Shown piece after piece: positions 1 to 13,257 of a DNA stretch of 64,000 bases (the first letter of the stretch is position 1; each line of letters begins with the position of its first letter). The stretch comes from Octopus sinensis (Eukaryota). The translations under genes were made by a program, and so were the position numbers. The stretch is taken from contig NC_043010.1 of NCBI RefSeq assembly GCF_006345805.1, positions 35,898,001 to 35,962,000 on the forward strand, given 5' to 3'. Under the pieces are notes generated by a model that saw nothing but the letters and a program-made list of their open reading frames with translations, had not been told where the DNA came from and made no database searches.

Positions 1-175
1 CTACTATTCGCGGTTTTACCATTTAATCTATCGTTCTACCATTTGCTCTAGCGTTCTTACATTCAGTTTACCGTTTTACCATTCAATCTACCTTTCTACC
101 ATTCAGTATACCATCCTACCATCGAATCTCACGTTCTACCATTTGGTCTTCCGCTCTACCATTCTGCTATTTCTG
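1..175. repeat. Degenerate ~20-bp tandem repeat (approx. cgttctaccattcaatctac)
   Basis: About 8 recurring 'cgttctaccatt'-like units at ~20-bp spacing. Confidence 0.8.
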
Positions 176-670
176 CTAATCGTACTCAATAATAGTTCCA
201 TTGAACATGACCCAACGCTGCATAATTTTAGGAGAAATATTACTAGAATGCTGTAATATAGATGCGTATTACAAATAACTACAATAGCAACGACATTCAG
301 TTAACGCTATATCAGTTTATTTTATCATCTAATAGTCTGGAGAAAGGAATGAAAGTCACCCGTGGATACACAGAGTTTTATGCTCGTCTCTAGTTCCAGT
401 GTTGATAAGCAGGTAAAAAAGGAATATCCTCTAGGATAGAAAGGAAGCTTCTCTACCTAAGCAAGTCTTTTTTTTTTGTGGCAGTTCGGTAAGCACTAAA
501 TTTAGCATTGCAAACCCAAAGAATCTAGCTTGCTCCGCTGTCTGCTGCTCCTATGGCATTGAATTGCATCGCCCTGTGGTCGATCAAATGAGGGAACTCT
601 CATTTGAGGGAGTTGTCCGACCCGCTAGAATTACCCAAATTTCCTTGGAATACAACTCAACGTCTTTGAA

Positions 671-770
671 NNNNNNNNNNNNNNNNNNNNNNNNNNNNNN
701 NNNNNNNNNNNNNNNNNNNNNNNNNNNNNNNNNNNNNNNNNNNNNNNNNNNNNNNNNNNNNNNNNNNNNN
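671..770. other. Assembly gap (100 N)
   Basis: Run of N; ORFs spanning it are meaningless. Confidence 1.
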
Positions 771-2053
771 AGATGTGAGAGCCAAATAGAGCGTAAACAC
801 GTACATACACACACGCACATATATCTACACACATATTCACACACACAAACAATAGCACCACATACACACATACACACACACACAAACAAACAATAGCACC
901 ACACAACACACACATATACTATTGACACTCCGTCGGTTACCACGACAAAGGTTCCAGTTGATCCGATCAAGGGAACAGCTTGCTCGTAAGATTAACGTAC
1001 AAGTGGCTGAGCACTCCACAGACATGGGTACCCCTTCACATACTTCTCGGGAAGATTCTGCGTGACACAGAATGTGACATGGCTGGTCCTTTGTAATACA
1101 GGTACTACTCATTTTTGCCAGCTGAGTGGACTGGAGCAACGTGAAATAAAGTGTCTTGCTCAAGGACTCAACGCGCCACCGGGAATAGAACTGGTGACCC
1201 TATGATCGCGAGCCAAATACCCTAACCACTAAGTCACGCACCTGAAAGTAAGAAATATCATATCTGATTATGTATTAAGATTGCAGTCAAAGTCCCCAGG
1301 TATTTAACCCCAGGCATTCCTTTGCTCAGTATTCATTCATGAAAAATCTTATACATGTCTTGTATATTGGGAGGGCCATTCACTTCATTATTGGTCGATT
1401 GATCAGCGGTGAGCTGGCAGAAACGGTAGCACACCGGTCGAAATACTTAGCGGTATTTCGTCTGCCGTTACGTTCTGAGCTCAAATTCCGCCGATGTCGA
1501 CTTTGCCTTTCATCCTTTCGGGGTCGATTAAATAAGTACCAGTTACGCACTGGGGTCGATATAATCGACTTAATCCGTTTGTCTGTCTTTGTTTGTCCTC
1601 TCTGTGAGTAGTAAAGAAATAGGTATTTCGTCCGTCTTTACGTTCTGAGTTCTAATTCCGCCGAAGTCGACTTTGTCTTTCATCCTTTCGAGGTCGATAA
1701 ATTAAGTACCAGTGGCATACTGGGGTCGATCTGATCGACTGGCCCCGCCCCCAAAATTTCGGGCCTTGTGCCTAAAGTAGAAAAGATTATTGATCAATTA
1801 ATCAGTTATCAAACCATCTAACTAATTGACTGCTTGCTTAATCACTCGGTTAATCAATCAAACGGGTGTTTGCCAAAGACTGGAAGTTGTCATAGCGGAA
1901 TGAGAGCATGAGGTTGTGAATGGCGACAAAGGGAATTTTAAAAACAACTGATTGATTGATCAATAATGTTATGACGTAAGATGAATAATGATATTGTGGT
2001 CAGATAATAGCTTTATTACCAAACGAAGAAACAATTCCAAACCGAAGTGCAAA

Positions 2054-2108
2054 ATGGCGAGCAGTAATTTCAGATGTCCACGGTGCAAAATGAATCGCCT
2101 GTACTACA
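2054..2108 (+). other. Candidate first coding exon of an unidentified plus-strand gene (MASSNFRCPRCKMNRLYY)
   Basis: CAAAATGGCG start context, CxxC, ends at CA|GTAAGT. No recognised homology. Confidence 0.3.
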
Positions 2109-3012
2109 GTAAGTGTACTAAGGCGGAAAGAATAAATCTCTACAACAATGAGTCGATGCATATCTAATGTCACCGGTCAGAGTCAATAAAGTCCCCCCCC
2201 CCAGGGGACATATCGATGTAAGCTTAATAATAAACGATGTGGGGGTGAATGATAGAATCGTGACCATTGATTCTTTTAAGCAAGCAATCGATTAGTTAGC
2301 TGAGAAATAACTAGCCAATTGACTAATAATATAGAAATGATATTGAACCAGTGCGTGAATTCATTATTGGTGCAATGACCCTCCCAAGATACAACAAAAT
2401 TTTCTTCAACATATGAGATTACATCAAACAACTTGCAAACCAAATACAAAAAAAAACAATTATATATGCTTCTATTGTCGTTCTAAGGCTTAGCAATAAC
2501 ATTAGAAATTAAACTTCACTGACAAGTTCTAAGAACACTGAAATACACCCAGAGTTGCCGCCACAGTGCTGAAGATCAGACTCATTCCTCATTACATACC
2601 ACATTTAATCCATTTTAATTATTTAAAATTTCACAGTTGTCCCCCTAAGTTCTTTCAATTTTTTTAGACCATATTTTGCTATTTGCATAATTATTGCACT
2701 CATCAATAAGAATATAATTATGATTTATAAAAAGTTCTTAGCATAATACAAGTATATTAATGCCCACTTTACACCTCAAATTTTCTACAGCGAGTGTCCC
2801 TAAGAGTTTTTCCTAGTCATTATATTCTTAATGATAAGTAAAAATATGGTGGAATTGTCTGCAAACCAGACAAAATGCTTAGCGGCATTTCGTCCGTCTT
2901 TATGTTCTAAGTTCAAATACTGCCACGGTTGAGTTGGTTTTTCATCCTTTCGAATAAATACCATCTGAATGGAATAAATACCATCTGAACACTGGAGCGA
3001 TGTAATCTACTT

Positions 3013-3224
3013 ACAGGGGTGTGCTGAAAAGTTCCTGGCTTTAAGGGTACCACGAAAGGCCTGGTTGGAGGCCGAACTTTCTTTTACAGGGCTTAGAAAA
3101 ACTGAAGGACCACTGCATTAAGTGTGTGAATCTGAGAGAGGAATATGTTCAATAAAATCATTATTAACTGATCCTCCTGTATTTTCTTTCATTCAAAGCC
3201 AGGAACTTCTCAGCGCCTCCTCGT
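3013..3224. mobile_element. Mariner-derived MITE; further copies at ~4255-4468, 41821-42039, 62276-62495
   Basis: ~28-bp TIR core GCTGAAAAGTTCCTGGCTTT / AAAGCCAGGAACTTTTCAGC, shared interior, TA flanks. Confidence 0.85.
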
Positions 3225-3496
3225 GTATGTGTGTATGTATGTGTGTATATATATATATATATATTTATATATGTATAGTATATGTATATATATATATATA
3301 AATATTATAGATATATATATATATAATATAATATATAATATATATTATATATATATATATATAATAATATATATATTATTTATATATATATATTATATAT
3401 ATTTATATATATATAATATATATATATATATTATATATATATATATTATATATATATTATATATATAGATATATATATTTATTTTATATATGTATC

Positions 3497-3580
3497 GGTA
3501 GCGTGGGGGCGAGCGGTCTAAGGCGCTTGTTTAAGGCACCAGTCTCTTCGGAGGCGTGGGTTCGAATCCCACCGCTGCCA
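3497..3580 (+). tRNA. tRNA-Leu(AAG), degenerate copy or probable pseudogene
   Basis: Matches the standard eukaryotic Leu-AAG sequence (GGTAGCG...TTAAGGC...GTTCGAATCCCACCGCTGCCA). D-stem altered (GCCG->GGGGCG, +2 nt) and a T:C mismatch in the anticodon stem. Confidence 0.85.
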
Positions 3581-3955
3581 TTTGATGCTTTTGTCCCCGT
3601 TACTTAGCGGTTCGGCAAAAGAGACCGATATAATAAGTACTGGGCTTACAAAAGAATAAGTCCCGGGGTCGAGTTGCTCGACTAAAGGCGGTGCTCCAGC
3701 ATGGCTGCAGTCAAATGACTGAAACAAGTAAAAGAGTAAAAGAGTATAGGCTTAGGCGCGGCTGTGTGGTGAGTAGCTTGCTTACCAACCACATGGTTCC
3801 GGGCTCAGACCCACTGTGTGGCACCTTGGCACCTTGGGCAAGTGTCTTCTACTACAGCCTCGGGCCGACCAAAACCTTTTGAGTGTATTTGGTAGGCGGA
3901 AACTGAAAGAAGCCCGTTGTGTGTGTGTGTGTGTGTTGTGTGTGTGTGTGTGTGT

Positions 3956-3989
<34 letters not shown>

Positions 3990-4209
3990 CTTTGTCTGTG
4001 TTTGTCCCTCCGCACCATCGCTTGACAACCGATGCTGGTGTGTTTACGTCCCCGTGCGCTAGCGGTTCGGCAAAAGATACCGATGGAATAAGCACTAGAC
4101 TTACAAAGCATAAGTTCCAGCATGGCCACAGTCAAATAACTGAAACAAATGAAAGAATTAATGAATAAAAATAATAATATCATATACTACATATACATAT
4201 AATATATAG

Positions 4210-4256
<47 letters not shown>

Positions 4257-4597
4257 GAAGAGTGATAAAAACTTCCTGGCTTTAAAGGTGCCGCAAAAGG
4301 CCTGGTTGGCGGCCCAACCTTCCGAGTTCTTTTACAGGGCTTAGAAAACCAGATGAACCACTGCAATAAGTGTGTGAATCTGAGAGAGTGAAATACGTTG
4401 AATAAAACCATAATTAACTGGTCCCCCTGTATTTTCTTTTACCCTAAACCAGGAACTTTTCAACACACGGAAATTACTGACTTTGAGCCAAAATTCGATT
4501 ATTATTTTTTTTTTTTTTTACGACTTTCATGTAACCCCACATTATATTTGCCCTGTTTGTGCTGTTCACAATGTTTTTCTTTGTGTTTGATAAAGAA

Positions 4598-4642
<45 letters not shown>

Positions 4643-4909
4643 GAGGGAGAGAGCAGTTCATGCCATCAAAGTGACACTGGGGTAAAATATACGAAGCCCA
4701 ATATACCCATCATGACTACCCGTCTGATAAAGGTACACCAGGCACATGCATCACAACCATATGTGTGCGACATGGTGATCTCATATCAAGATAAACAGCA
4801 CATGACCTTGCAGGTGGGGCTCAGTTAGAATTTTCTTCAGGTTGAGTAGCCCATCCCGCTCAAACGGTCCCTGAATAAGGGTTGTTTAAGGATGTTGAAA
4901 GAACCACCC

Positions 4910-4940
<31 letters not shown>

Positions 4941-5811
4941 AGTAAGGCGGCGAGCTGACAGAATTGTTAGCAGTGTTTCGTCTGTCTTTTCGTTTTGAGT
5001 TCAAATTCCACCGAGGGCCAGTTTTGCCTTTCATCCTTTCGGGGTCGATAAATTAAGTCCCAATGAAACACTGGGGTCGATGTAATCGACTCGTCCTCTT
5101 CCCCAAAATTTCGGGCCTTGTGCTTATAGTAGAAACGATTATTATTATTATTATAAGTTTTATTTTATTTTACATGAATTAATGCGCGAGAAACCACTAT
5201 CCCCACCACTACAATCTACCATCATCATCATCACAACCACCACCGCCACTATAACCAATGATCACCACCGGCATCACCATTACAAATACATTATCTCCCA
5301 CCACCACTTTCTCCTTTCCTATTCCATGACCACCCCCATAACATTCCATTCTTCATTATAATCTTTATTGCCGTTAGATGGCATCACCCCTGTGACTGGA
5401 GGGCCTGTCTGTCTATCTATCGGCTTATTTATTTACACACATTTACTCGTATCTGTGGAGGGTGATGATGGTGCGGGGGTATTTATGGAGGTAGTGGTGG
5501 TTGCGGTGGTGGTGGTAGTGCTAGCAGTAGTGTGGTGGTGGTGGTGGTGGTGATGGACATGGTTTTGATGCTCAATGCAATAAAGAAACTGTCAGTTCTG
5601 CAAACATTCTTCAAGCACTCAAGCATTAGCTCAATATACATCTCTCTCTATATCTCTCTTCCTCTCAAACTCTCCCTCTCTCTCTTCCTCTCAATCTCTC
5701 TGTGTCTCTCTCTCTCTCTGCTCTCTGTCTCTCTCATTATCTCACCTTCTCTCTCTCTTTCTCTTTCTCCCTCTCCCTCTCTGTCTCTGTCTGTATGTCT
5801 GTCTGTCTGTA

Positions 5812-5889
<78 letters not shown>

Positions 5890-6218
5890 GTTTTCTCTCA
5901 CCCACTCTCACGTTTTCAAACCTTTCAGACGGGTCCACCACACAGCCTCTTTTGCCACAGCCACTAAGCAGAGAAAGACCTGTCTTCCTTCTCTGCTAAC
6001 GGACGGTGGTGCATCGATCTCCACTATAGATTCAGTAGACAGCTAAATTCGTCTTACACGCGACAACAGCTGCTCCACAAAGTCCCACAACTCCCTAATG
6101 CACGGACACTGAATTATTGCATGCAGGACGGTTTCATCCCCCTGCAAGCATTTTGGGCTGGTTCGGCTTTTGGCACTTCCATAGTAAGATGACTGAAGAG
6201 AATTTATTTATTGGCCAC

Positions 6219-6287
<69 letters not shown>

Positions 6288-6731
6288 TTGTGGCACTCCG
6301 TCAGTTACGACGACGAGGGTTCCAGTTGATCTGATCAACGGAACAGCCTGCTCGTGAAATCAACGTGCAAGTAGCTGAGCACTCCACAGACACGTTTACA
6401 CTTAACGTAGTTCTCGGGGGAGATTCAGCGAGACACAGAGTGTGAAAAGGCTGGCCCTTGAATTACAGGTAGAATAGAAACACGAAGAATGAGTGAGAGA
6501 AAGTTGTGGGGAAAGGTGACAAAGTACAGCAGGATTCGCCACCACCTCCTGTCGGAGCCTCGTGGAACTCTAGGTGTTTTCGCTCAAGAAACACTCACAA
6601 CGCCCGGTCGGGGAATCGAAACCGCGATCCTACGACCGCCAGTCCGCTGCCCTAACCACTGGGCCATTGCACCTCACACATACCCGCACACTCACACACA
6701 CAGATAGACAGACAGACAGACAGACAGATAT

Positions 6732-6924
<193 letters not shown>

Positions 6925-6993
6925 GGATGGATGGATGGATGGATGGATGGATGGATGGATGGAAGGATGGATGGATGGATGGATGGATGGATG

Positions 6994-7060
<67 letters not shown>

Positions 7061-7208
7061 TTGTTTAGCGTCGTTGACTTCTCGACTGTTTCTTTTCGCT
7101 TTGTTATTTATTTACGTAAAATTTCGTTTACTTAGTTGCCTTTCGTTTCGGATCGTTTTGTTTTGAATTTCTCTTTTCCTCGTTTCTAATCTTCATGGTT
7201 AATCACAG

Positions 7209-7228
7209 GTCACACACCATTTGAAATG
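7209..7228 (+). other. Candidate 20-nt microexon
   Basis: ~70-nt AG-free T-rich tract with CTAAT, CACAG acceptor, ATG|GTAAGT donor. Confidence 0.4.
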
Positions 7229-7390
7229 GTAAGTGTCGGCTTTCAGCATTATTTGTGTTGCTTTTGTTGATGTTATTACAGTCGTTGGTGGTAGTAGTGG
7301 CAGCGGTGCTAGCGCTGCTCTTGGTGATAGTAAAATACGATGGTAGAGGTAACGCTAGTAGGGATGAGGATCTTACTAGCACACTCGTTG

Positions 7391-7454
<64 letters not shown>

Positions 7455-7542
7455 ATCTCTCTCTCTCTCTGCCTCACTCTCTCTCTCTTTCTTTGTCCCT
7501 ATCTCTTTGTTAGCCTTTTTGCCACACATCGTACTCAGCCCC

Positions 7543-7576
<34 letters not shown>

Positions 7577-7856
7577 TCACCTCTTTAGGATATTTCTGAA
7601 ATATTTTAATTACAGCATGGAAAGACATATTGGTTTCACATTTTAGCACAAGGCCAGCAAGTTAGGGGGAGGAGATAAGTCGATTACATCAACCCCAGTG
7701 TACAGCTGGTACTTATATCGACCCAGAAAAAAATGAAAGGCAGGTTCGACCTCGGATGAGTTTGAATTCAGAACGTAAAAACGGACGAAATGCCGCTAAA
7801 CATTTTACCAGGTGTGCTAACAATTTTGCCTGCTCGCTCTCTTAGAAGGTTAAATG

Positions 7857-7948
7857 TGCCCGCAAACGGCCTTGAACTCGCAGCCCTCAGATCACATTCA
7901 GGATTGACCCTTAAAAGTCTGATGCTCTACTGAGTGAGCTATGTGAGC
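7857..7948 (-). pseudogene. Intron-containing tRNA-Lys(TTT) pseudogene (19-nt intron at 7893-7911)
   Basis: GCTC/GAGC D-stem, TCAGA-CTTTTA-[19 nt]-A-TCTGA anticodon arm, TTCAA T-loop. T-stem and acceptor stem partly mispaired. Confidence 0.75.
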
Positions 7949-8251
7949 AGCTTACCACGCAAGAAGATCGAACACGAAACCCCGTGACTGCAAAGCGAAC
8001 CTCCTACCCATTCTGTTTTCCTTAACCACCGTGTCCTACAAATTTGGAAGAAACATATCAGCCGTTCAAAAACACACAGAGAAACTCTTATCCCCACTTA
8101 AACATTTTTGTTTAAACAAAAATAATCGCTGCAATTGTTTTAGTTTCTAAACTAAAGATCAGCTCACTTGCCTGACGAGTCCGGCGAAATGAAATGACAA
8201 TCTAATTTTTTTTATGACTTTGGCAATGCTTGAATCCTCTTCAGTGGAAGG

Positions 8252-8910
8252 CAGTGGTTCTCAATGGGAGTCCACATGACCCTTGGTGGTATTGGTGGTG
8301 GTGGGGGGGGGTTCATATAAGGCTCTGTTATTAAAATTTATGAGCAATAAATTACTTATACTTCTATAAAACTAACTATTTTAACAATTTTTAATACAAT
8401 TCCTAATTATATCCAATTATATAAATACTAGCAGTATCGCCCGGCGTTGCTCGGGTTTGTAAGGGAAATAACTATAAAGCATTTTTAGAGAGTTATAGCC
8501 AAAAAATGGAAAAAAAAATTATGGTAAATTTTTTTTAGTTAAAAAGGTCGAGTTGCGTCCCCTAGACAGTCTGTGGTTTGTGTTTCTGATTCTCGACCAC
8601 ATGTCGAATTTATCGATTTTTTTCAGAACTGGGGGAACTTTTCAAAATTTTCGCTGCGTTAGTTTTGAATTATGACATTGGGCTATGTGTGTGTCAAGTT
8701 TCATCAGAATCGGTTGAAAGCCGTGGTCAGGGTGAGGGTACAACCTAACAGACACACAGAAACACACACAGACAAACTGCCGTTTATATATAGAGAGAAG
8801 ATAATAGGATTTTTTAAATATCGAATGGTAATAAGGGTCCAGTAGAATAAATTAGATATCAAAACGGTCCATAGATTAAAAAAAAAAAACCAGATAGTCG
8901 TGAACCACTG
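8252..8910. mobile_element. hAT MITE interrupted by a Helitron-like insert
   Basis: CAGTGGTTC...GAACCACTG termini, 6/8 TSD match (gtggaagg / atggaaga). Confidence 0.7.
8427..8800 (+). mobile_element. Non-autonomous Helitron-like element
   Basis: ACTAGC start with CCCG..CGGG hairpin, (CA/GA) microsatellite near the 3' end, TATATAGAG terminus; resembles Lep1-type non-autonomous Helitrons (from memory). Confidence 0.6.
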
Positions 8911-9879
8911 ATGGAAGAGCCTTCTGCAATAGACGCTTTTACACCGCTCATTTTGCTGCAGACTGACATAATTCTGACATGACAGAAAGCACTTAGCCAA
9001 AATGCTGTATTGTGGGAATGAACACGAAGCTACGTGGTTGCAATGCGTGTTTCTTAACCTCACAGTCATACCTGTTAGTCATGTCATTTCGAAAGAAATT
9101 TGTCTATTGTGGTTGTATTTCTTTATGATATCTTATAAGATAAGTTATCTTTGTGAACAAGCTTCATATTGCGTAAAAGACCGTTTGTTGAGCCACGCAG
9201 ACACATTTACACAGTCGTGCAATTTATAATTGGTTTTTAAAATAATAAGGCCAATAAATCTCTGGGAATAGAATCCAATTATTGAGACTTCCCCCTTAGG
9301 TATTTAACCAAATTTCCCAGGAATTACTGGTGGGAAACTCTCTTAGAGATTAAAAAAAAACTTACACTAAAAAGAAAAGAAAAACAAAATTTATTTTTAA
9401 GTGCAATCATTGGTGTGTGGTAACAAGCTTGCATTCCAATCACATGGTATTAGGTTCAAACACACTGTGATGGCACCTCGGGCAAAAATCTTCTACTACA
9501 AGCCTTGAGAGTGGATTTGGTCGACTGGAAGTGAAAGAAGTCAAACATTATCATCATCATCATCATAATCATCATGATCATCATCATCATCATTATATAT
9601 ATAACTTAAGTGTATTGCTTCTGATAGAAGAAACAGCTGTAAGCTAATGAAGTGCATAACATGATTGATAATTGTTTATTCTTTTATCATCCTAATTTCT
9701 TATACATACATACATACATATATGTATGTATGTGTATAGTTATATAGAAGTACATATGCATATGTGTGTGCTTGTGTTTCTCCCACGACGACCACCACAT
9801 GACAACCGGTGTTGATTTGTTTCCGTCCCCGTAACTTAACGGCTCAGCAAATATGCATCAATAGAATAAACCGGTGTGT

Positions 9880-9927
<48 letters not shown>

Positions 9928-10351
9928 TTTATTTTTGAAAGTTTAGTAATAATCTTTTCTATTGTAGGCAGAAGGCCTGAAATTTTGGGGGCGGGGGCCA
10001 GTCGATTACATCGACCCCAGTACGCAACTGGTACTTAACTTATCGACCTAGAAAGGATGAAAGGCAAAGACGACCTCGGCGGAATTTGAACTCAGAACGT
10101 AAAGACAGACGAAAATACTGCTAAGCATTTCGACCAGCATGCTAACGATTCTGCCAGCTCGCCTTTAGAAATAATGAACCACCCGCACTCCCATCTCGTG
10201 TGTAGGAAGGGCAGGAGGGAGTGCGGTTGAGGAGAGTCAGTCTGTACCATTTTCTCATCGTCGTTTTCATGATTGTCATTATTCCTTCGTTATCATGTTT
10301 ATTTACTGAACTCTCCCCAATCACAGACTGGGTATAGAGAAGAATATAGAT

Positions 10352-10567
10352 CAGGGGTGGGCAAACTTTTTTGATCGCGGGCCGCACAGTGCGTCTTTGG
10401 AACCTTGGCGGGCCTCATTTATAAAAATCAAGTGAAAATATTGTGAATTACCGTACAGTTACGAAGTATCTGCATAGAAGTTGGGATTCATAAAAGCTCT
10501 CGGCGGGCCGCATGAAAACCTATGGCGGGCCGCATGCGGCCCGCGGGCCGTAGTTTGCCCACCCCTG
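10352..10567. mobile_element. hAT-superfamily MITE
   Basis: Perfect 16-bp TIR CAGGGGTGGGCAAACT, perfect 8-bp TSD ATATAGAT. Confidence 0.93.
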
Positions 10568-10569
10568 AT

Positions 10570-10627
<58 letters not shown>

Positions 10628-10679
10628 GGAGGGAGAGAGAGAAAGAAGGCTAGACAGACCGACAGACAGACAGACAGAC

Positions 10680-10744
<65 letters not shown>

Positions 10745-11389
10745 TAATGAGACAGAGAGGTTCTTGTTAAATTTCTTCCAACCACTTTAAGTAGACGCTT
10801 TCAATTCGACTAAAATTTTAGATTTTATATATTCGTGGCTTTATTGCAAATTTCTAGAAAAAAAAATGAACATGATTTTCGTTATAAGTGTGCAAAACTA
10901 CATCAAAAGTACATTTCTGGGATTTAAGCTGGTGAAAATTTGTAAATCTTGAAGTGATTGGAAGAAATTTCCCAAGGTCCGATAGAAAAAGCGAGTGAGA
11001 AAACGAGAGAGCGTAGAGGAAGGTGAGGGTAGAGCGGGAGGTGCTGTCTTCAAGACTAAATGGATCTCCTCTGAATATGCTTTTCTAAACAGGAGGAAAG
11101 AAACCAGAAAAGGGCACTTTCCCGGCAGGGATTTTTGTGTGGGGTTTACCCCGGGTTATTCTAAGTGGACTGTTCCCCTATTGGGGATTCTGTATATTTA
11201 TTTATTTATTGCTTTTTCTCTACTTTCAATTATATATCCTCTGATATATCCTTTAATGTGGTAGTATCTCCCTTTGAATGATGTTAACCCCACATGTTTT
11301 TGTAAGTTTTTATCATTTTTTTTTTGTGCTGTAACTCGTCCTTCGATATTGTCCTCCATGTCTTGAGCTCTTGTAGCCGTTAAAAGATA

Positions 11390-11451
<62 letters not shown>

Positions 11452-13219
11452 GCAGACGTGGCCATTCACCTTTAACGGAAGAGTTGTCGGAAGTCTAGAC
11501 GGTAAAGCACAGGACGGCCTGAAACATTCACCCAAACCGGAACTTGCAGGCAACCCACACTGCTGAAAAAGAAAAGCAAAAACAGTATCAGGCATGTGTA
11601 GCCTCACCTGATTAGCCCTCCCCGAGGTCAGAAAGAGAAATGTAATAAATAAGAAAGAAATTATTTTCATGGGTTTGATCCAACACAATCAATATTCAAT
11701 CTCAAGTGATAATAAACAAACGTTGTATATAAATTAGTGAAAAATGATATGAAACTTAATCGGATGTAAAAAGGAATTGGTGCACTTTAGTGGTTTGTGG
11801 GTCACAGTTAAAATTTTTGTTGCTACTCCATATTTTTTCAAGGTTAATGATGCAGTCACGAACTTGGACTTTAAGAGAGCAAACGGCCACAATAAAATCC
11901 TTTCTTTAAGGAATGTAACTGCTTTCTTCTAACAAACAGACTTTTGGTAATGAACAAAAAATTGAAGGACTGATGTTATGGTGTCACACGCGATCTTATT
12001 TCAAAATGTAGTAACTGTTTAATACCAGTCCCGATGCCTTCACCAATTTAAGGCGATCAGAAGCTGCCTGAGACCAACTGCATATACTTTGAGACAGTGG
12101 AACAGTCATTCGATTCCTCTCCTACTCTAAAAAAATAATTGATAAGAACCGAGCAATCTCTATAATTTAAAAAGAAAAGTTGACCACTTCTAAAACTGCC
12201 ATCGAGAATAACGCCCTTTGTTTTAATTAACCAAACTGTCGATGCATTTACTGCTGGACTATAGTAAATGCAATAACAAATTTCTCTGTTAAATGCTTTG
12301 ACAAAAAAGAAAAGATGCTTAAACAATGTTAAGGTTAAAAGTAAATTTAAACTGTTAACTAAATGGGGTTTAAATGCCCAGTTTTCAAATTTCTTTTCTT
12401 GTTGCTTTTATTTATTTTGTTTTTCACGCCAAAGATATCAAACCTTTATCGAATGCGTTAAACTGGGTAATTGTTGAATATCACCATCCAAATATTTCAA
12501 GAGTCGTTGCTGAAGATTTCGTTTTCGTGTTGTCCATTTGGGGTAAATCAGTTTGTTTGAGCAATCGCTCTCCTAACTAAAAGTGATGTCATCAGGAAAG
12601 ATCGAACATGGATGTGTAAAATTAAGAAAACACTGGTTAATTTCTACTCTACTACTGCCTCTTACGGCGCTGAGTTAGAGTCGTATCTACCTTTCACAAT
12701 GCGGCACTTATCTACAGCCAGATAAACGATGGACCGTGCCCTTAGAATAAAGTGTCATTGTCACTGGCAGATTCAGCTCCGGGGATGAAGCCGATTGGAA
12801 TGCGAACAGCTGACACCCCGACAACTGACAGAGTAACACGATCATCCGGCCATCCATACAAAATGTGCGAAAATGTGACAAAATACATCTGAATTTCACA
12901 CTGTGTATGGATGTGTCGTGGAGACTGATACGCTCCATCAGCTGGTACATATTCCTATATACATACACGTATACACATAGAAGCATACTCAGAACACATA
13001 TACATATACACGTATTCACATGAACATATACATTCACTTATGCACACACACTCATATTTACATGTATACAAGCACTGTATGTATAAAGTGGCACTCCGTC
13101 GGTTACGACGACGTGGGTTCCAATTGATCCAATCAACGAAACGGCCTGCTCGTGAAATTAACGTACAAGTGGCTGAGCACTTCACAGACACGTGTAACAT
13201 TAACGTAGTATGCGTGTGT

Positions 13220-13257
<38 letters not shown>

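Noticed and set aside
336-394. Possible terminal exon LEKGMKVTRGYTEFYARL* after a TAATAG acceptor
   Set aside because: No recognisable homology and no upstream exon in the window to test the phase.
584-607. 9-bp-stem hairpin TCAAATGAG/CTCATTTGA next to the gap
   Set aside because: Short and isolated; context is truncated by Ns.
5200-5560. ACC-rich tract facing a GGT-rich tract (possible fold-back); similar pairs at 28720-29280 and 31300-31990
   Set aside because: Complementarity is only compositional and expected by chance at this microsatellite density.
8172-8189. CTGACGA-GTCCGGC-GAAA hammerhead-like core
   Set aside because: Stem II is only 2 bp, there is no valid UH cleavage triplet and no stem I partner.
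11700-12950. Unique-looking sequence with ORFs at 12057-12326, 12374-12580 and 12708-13037
   Set aside because: No motif, splice frame or element family that I could recognise.
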